Origin: a virus
Taxonomy: Duplodnaviria > Caudoviricetes
Length of the DNA stretch: 48,604 bases
Reading direction: 5' to 3' (one strand)
IMG/VR virus record: IMGVR_UViG_3300043442_000703
Location: 1-48,604 of that record
In this document: piece after piece, positions 44,928 to 48,604 of the stretch
Layout: every line of letters starts with the position of its first letter
How positions within the stretch are numbered: the stretch's first letter is position 1
The notes under the pieces: generated by a model
Told to the model about the DNA's origin: nothing
Databases searched by the model: none
The model's input: the letters and a program-made list of their open reading frames with translations, nothing else
Made by a program: the position numbers and the translations under genes

Positions 44928-46457
44928 TTAGAAATCAAGATGGAGTTGTCCTTTTCTGGCAAGTCCGGTTACCAACCAAACCAAAGCATCAACACAGTCG
45001 TCATGGCTACTGACGCCGAAATTCGTGAGTTCCTCGAAGAGATTTGTGAAATTCCGGTACCGATTGAAGATAATTTTACGGTCCTCGAACATGCCGATAA
45101 TTCCCCTAAATCGTGCTAGCTTGTCAGCACGGAACCCTTTGACTGGATGCCAGATCAGGTTGTAGAGACCTTCGTTATTGAGGCAAACCCGTTTGAAGTC
45201 AGCTTCCAAGGAGGCCTGATACTGCACGGCTTCTGACCAAATATCACAGGTGGAATAGGTCGGAAAGTAATTCCCGTTGTCATCTTTTCCGATGACAGAC
45301 CAATCGTTAAGCAACTCTTTCATAGCATCTAGCTTTTCAAGGTTGCCCATGACACGGATTCGTCTGTAATCAATGATGTGGATGCGGTCGCCAATGCGGC
45401 CGCCCAAGATCATGACGGTGTAATCATTCTTTTCTTTCACACCAGCAGACAGGTCTACACCGATACCCAGCGTGTCAAATTCTGTTGAGATCTCTGCTTT
45501 AACAATCAACTCTGGTGCAAGCGAAAGTTCGTTCTGGCGAACGACCTGATTCATGTATTGGAAGGAGAATGCAATTGGTGCCTGACGTTTCTTCTCCTTC
45601 AAGTAATCCAATGACCACATCTCGGGCCAATAGGATTCTTCATCTCCGGTTACCGGATCTGTCTGGATAGCGGAAAGAACAATCTGCGTCCAGTTGTTTT
45701 GTTCGTTGAATGTTGTGGCATGAATGTCATCATGTCTAAATCGGGTACCAAGGCAGATGGCCCTGGCTCCTTCAAACATGGTTGGTGCGATCACGGCATT
45801 CCAATTGTCCTGCATCATCTTTCGGATATCAGGGTTGGAAATATCTGCTGCTGATTTAATAGCGTCATCAATCATCACAAGATGAGAACGCTTAGAGGTC
45901 ACAGAACCTTTTAGACCAGCGGCACAGAGAGTGAATTGTTCATCACCGGTTACGTCAATACCAGCAAACTTATGGTCGATGGACCAGTACTCGTTACTGG
46001 TGACGTTCTTCAGAAGCCGTACGGTTGGAAAAATTTCTTGATATTTTTTGCTTTCAATAATGCGTTTAATGGTTGCTGATTTAGAACGTGCAATATCAAC
46101 GGTGTAGGACAGATACAGAATCTGTAGAGGAAGCTTAGCTTGTGCATGGATGCCAATTGCCCAGGCAGTCAACAAACCAAGGACGGTACTTTTAGCTGAA
46201 CCCCGTGGTGCCAGTAGATCAATATTGGGTCCAGCAATTTTGATCAGACAACTACTGTCTTCATTCGTGATGAAATGCTTATGCCAATCCAGGTGGTGCT
46301 TAGCTGGTTTTTTCTTTTCATCCATATACTCGCAGAAGAAACTAAAATCTTCCCGAGCACGTTCAATTGCTTCTAAATTCTTCTGTGGCTTAACGTTGTA
46401 CTTCTGCGCAGCTGCTTTAGCGTTGCGGCGATACGCAAGGTGTACGTACGAAGGCAC
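44928..46457 (-). CDS. terL: Terminase large subunit
   Basis: PRGSAKST Walker A, MIDD Walker B, GTRF..DD, GVDL..DYT and HDDCVDA nuclease motifs. Confidence 0.95.
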   Translation of the reverse strand: MPSYVHLAYRRNAKAAAQKYNVKPQKNLEAIERAREDFSFFCEYMDEKKKPAKHHLDWHKHFITNEDSSCLIKIAGPNIDLLAPRGSAKSTVLGLLTAWAIGIHAQAKLPLQILYLSYTVDIARSKSATIKRIIESKKYQEIFPTVRLLKNVTSNEYWSIDHKFAGIDVTGDEQFTLCAAGLKGSVTSKRSHLVMIDDAIKSAADISNPDIRKMMQDNWNAVIAPTMFEGARAICLGTRFRHDDIHATTFNEQNNWTQIVLSAIQTDPVTGDEESYWPEMWSLDYLKEKKRQAPIAFSFQYMNQVVRQNELSLAPELIVKAEISTEFDTLGIGVDLSAGVKEKNDYTVMILGGRIGDRIHIIDYRRIRVMGNLEKLDAMKELLNDWSVIGKDDNGNYFPTYSTCDIWSEAVQYQASLEADFKRVCLNNEGLYNLIWHPVKGFRADKLARFRGIIGMFEDRKIIFNRYRNFTNLFEELTNFGVSSHDDCVDALVWLVTGLARKGQLHLDF

Positions 46458-46487
46458 GGAACTGATTCATAGTATTACTAAATACTA

Positions 46488-46748
46488 TCAGCCAAATGGG
46501 TTGGTATTGAAGAACTTGCGGTAATCAAAAATGGCCGGATTTTGATCGCTCATTGGAGCGTTTAAATCCTCCGGCTCATAAGGAGAAGTGTAAGGCTTTT
46601 GTCCGGACGAAAGCATGGTCTGGAACATCTCATCGTTTTGTTCCTGATACCTGCTCATACGAGAAGCACGGGCAGCTGATAAACGTTGAGCAAACTCATC
46701 GTTCATCATCTTTCCAGCCATTGGTGCCGGTTGTTTACCGCCGCCCAT
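46488..46748 (-). CDS. Hypothetical protein
   Basis: 86-aa ORF with TAATG coupling. Confidence 0.6.
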   Translation of the reverse strand: MGGGKQPAPMAGKMMNDEFAQRLSAARASRMSRYQEQNDEMFQTMLSSGQKPYTSPYEPEDLNAPMSDQNPAIFDYRKFFNTNPFG

Positions 46749-46906
46749 TACTTTGCTCCTTTACGTTTCTGTTCTTGATATTTACGTGCTTTATCTAACG
46801 CCGCCCGACGCTTCTCCTTATCGGACATCTCAGAGCCATCTTCGTTCTTGGCTTCTTTTTTCTTGAAATGTTCAAGAAGTTCAGGCGGCATTTTGTTCTT
46901 GGACAT
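46748..46906 (-). CDS. Small charged protein (52 aa, not in the ORF track)
   Basis: Read manually: MSKNKMPPELLEHFKKK...RKGAK*; fills the gap exactly. Confidence 0.65.
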   Translation of the reverse strand: MSKNKMPPELLEHFKKKEAKNEDGSEMSDKEKRRAALDKARKYQEQKRKGAK

Positions 46907-46909
46907 TGA

Positions 46910-47416
46910 TCAACGATTCTGAAGACCACGCACGCGTTGGAGCAGCTGTTGATACTCAGGAGAACCTACTTCGGGCATCCGAGTGCTGCGGCCAGGACCA
47001 AAAGCGATACCAGAACGGAGGCCTGCACCTGCGTTAGGACCTTGACCGGCACCACCAAACGGTGCACCAAAGGCAGTAGCACCACGCTCTACAGCACCCC
47101 CAGGGGTAACGGAGGCAGATTCACCTGCACCACGCTGGAGATCACGGAAGATTTCTTCCCGACGACCAGTGCGATCACGCTCACGGGTCAGTTCACTGCG
47201 ACGGAAATAAGCCTCCTCTAAACCAGGAGGAAGTGGAGCATTCCCTCCCTGAGGGGCTTCGCCTGGGAACATGGAAGCTTCGCCGGTTTGCGGTGCTTTC
47301 TCTGCCATTTCAATGGCTTTCTGGCGTTGAGCCACACCTTCACGAGAAGCCTGGGCGGAACGCATACGCGCTGCAGCACTGCCAGCCAACCGTTGATTTT
47401 GAGTTTCTGCGCCCAT
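46910..47416 (-). CDS. Gly/Arg-rich hypothetical protein
   Basis: 168-aa ORF with TAAAAT upstream. Confidence 0.65.
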   Translation of the reverse strand: MGAETQNQRLAGSAAARMRSAQASREGVAQRQKAIEMAEKAPQTGEASMFPGEAPQGGNAPLPPGLEEAYFRRSELTRERDRTGRREEIFRDLQRGAGESASVTPGGAVERGATAFGAPFGGAGQGPNAGAGLRSGIAFGPGRSTRMPEVGSPEYQQLLQRVRGLQNR

Positions 47417-47456
47417 GACTATCGTTTTATTAAAGAATATTTTAGGCGGGGTAACC

Positions 47457-48080
47457 CTATTCCTCTAGTTGCATTCTAGCCCATACACTCATTGATGCTT
47501 CTTGCAGAGGACCTTCAATAGGATCATCCTTAAAGATAAACATCAACTCACGAATGGCTCGGTCTGCGCCGGCCATCAGTAAACCTTTGCGATCCCTGGA
47601 TGCGGTGAACTGCTCAATCTGGGCAATAGCTCCACGGAGTTCTTTTTGCATGCTGGCAATACGTGCAACACCTGCATCACGCTTGACTACTTCCATCTCA
47701 ACAGCATCACGCAACTTGCGGATGTCCTCCTGCATCTCATCAATTTCATACAGGAGTGTTTTGCGGTGATCAGCTTTTTTGTAATTGCTGTTCACCCATA
47801 GATCACACGCAACAATGCTTCCGGTATACCCAAGGAAACGGGCATACAGGAAGCACTCGATAACTGAGTTGTTATCTTTGGCAAAAGAACAGAAGGATTC
47901 CTGAACGGAAGAATCAAGATTATCGACCCATTGGTCGAAGACCTCAATATCGATAAGCTCGTTGGGCCTGGTTGTAGTCGCGTTCTTCGTCAGCTTGCTT
48001 GAAACGCTGGGCTTGTTCAGCGGAAGTGCGCTGTTCTTCGGCTCCTTTACCGATGGTTTCCCGTTCTTGGGTTCCGACAT
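47457..48080 (-). CDS. Helical hypothetical protein (terminase small subunit candidate; start uncertain)
   Basis: Helical/coiled-coil protein about 1 kb upstream of terL; function inferred from position only. Confidence 0.5.
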   Translation of the reverse strand: MSEPKNGKPSVKEPKNSALPLNKPSVSSKLTKNATTTRPNELIDIEVFDQWVDNLDSSVQESFCSFAKDNNSVIECFLYARFLGYTGSIVACDLWVNSNYKKADHRKTLLYEIDEMQEDIRKLRDAVEMEVVKRDAGVARIASMQKELRGAIAQIEQFTASRDRKGLLMAGADRAIRELMFIFKDDPIEGPLQEASMSVWARMQLEE

Positions 48081-48192
48081 CTTCTGCCTTCTTCTTTGAG
48101 AATTCGTAGGCTACGCCTGCTGCCTGGCGATATTTGTCAATATCAAACCAGTCATCAGTGTTATACGTATCCGTAATATTGGTCGTAGCCAT
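47944..48192 (-). CDS. Hypothetical protein
   Basis: 82-aa ORF with a DDWFDI motif. Confidence 0.65.
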   Translation of the reverse strand: MATTNITDTYNTDDWFDIDKYRQAAGVAYEFSKKKAEDVGTQERETIGKGAEEQRTSAEQAQRFKQADEERDYNQAQRAYRY

Positions 48193-48206
48193 CCTACTAA
48201 CTCAGA

Positions 48207-48374
48207 TCAGAAGTTGCTCATCATGCCGGCCAAGCCGGTAGCAAAGATGTCACGGCGACCTTCAACGCTCTTTTGGCGCTGTTGACGCTGTTTCGAGGAC
48301 TCCAGGCGCTCAAGCAGTTGCTCGAACTTGCCAATGTCAAAATAGTCGTCGCTAGTGTTACCGGCAACAGTCAT
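48207..48374 (-). CDS. Hypothetical protein (55 aa, not in the ORF track)
   Basis: Read manually: MTVAGNTSDDYFDIGKFEQLL...MMSNF*; TATAAT upstream. Confidence 0.65.
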   Translation of the reverse strand: MTVAGNTSDDYFDIGKFEQLLERLESSKQRQQRQKSVEGRRDIFATGLAGMMSNF

Positions 48375-48416
48375 GATAGTTCCATAACTAATGAATTAAT
48401 TATAAGAGGTATTTTC

Positions 48417-48604
48417 CTAGAAACTAAAGGCGCTAACCAAACTCTTGTAGATATCACCCTGTGCAGCAATCTTCTGCACTTCCTTGGCGCCTTCGTTTTT
48501 GAGCTTCTGGGTTTCTTTATCAATCTCACCCTGGAGATTAGTTAGGCCGGCACTGTAGAGGAACTGACGAGAGTCACGTACGTTCTGCAGCTGTTGCTCC
48601 ACCT
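48417..48604 (-). CDS. C-terminus of a coiled-coil protein (truncated by the window edge)
   Basis: Frame open to the edge, ends ...LVSAFSF*. Confidence 0.55.
   Translation of the reverse strand, partial: VEQQLQNVRDSRQFLYSAGLTNLQGEIDKETQKLKNEGAKEVQKIAAQGDIYKSLVSAFSF

Overview
A 48.6-kb fragment of a tailed dsDNA phage that very probably infects cyanobacteria (it carries hli-, nblA- and cp12-like genes, speD and a cyanobacterial-type dcd). Left arm (minus strand): tail-fibre and collagen genes plus a glycosylation cassette (GDPD-like, HAD/nucleotidyltransferase fusion, two-domain GT-A). Then a plus-strand replication block (exonuclease, prim-pol/SF3 primase-helicase, SpeD, GT4), a lysis and tail-fibre block, a plus-strand block with an HTH protein, a methyltransferase-like protein and Dcd, and a long minus-strand morphogenesis arm (terminase, portal, scaffold-like protein, major capsid, putative internal virion proteins, several peptidoglycan hydrolases). 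No DNA or RNA polymerase, tRNA, CRISPR array or reverse transcriptase was recognised. The most notable observations are: (1) a repeated design in which a -10 box sits on the 5' arm of a hairpin whose 3' arm covers or abuts the start codon, seen at both lysins among others; (2) a 37-aa PHQ module shared by two unrelated lysins; (3) a circularly permuted M23 peptidase; (4) an HNH insertion bounded by 8-bp direct repeats whose removal restores a stop codon; (5) a 599-nt portal/scaffold dual-coding overlap; (6) three enzyme-derived proteins with degenerate active sites; (7) a short CP12-like gene missing from the ORF track. All family assignments come from motif recognition by eye, not from database searches.
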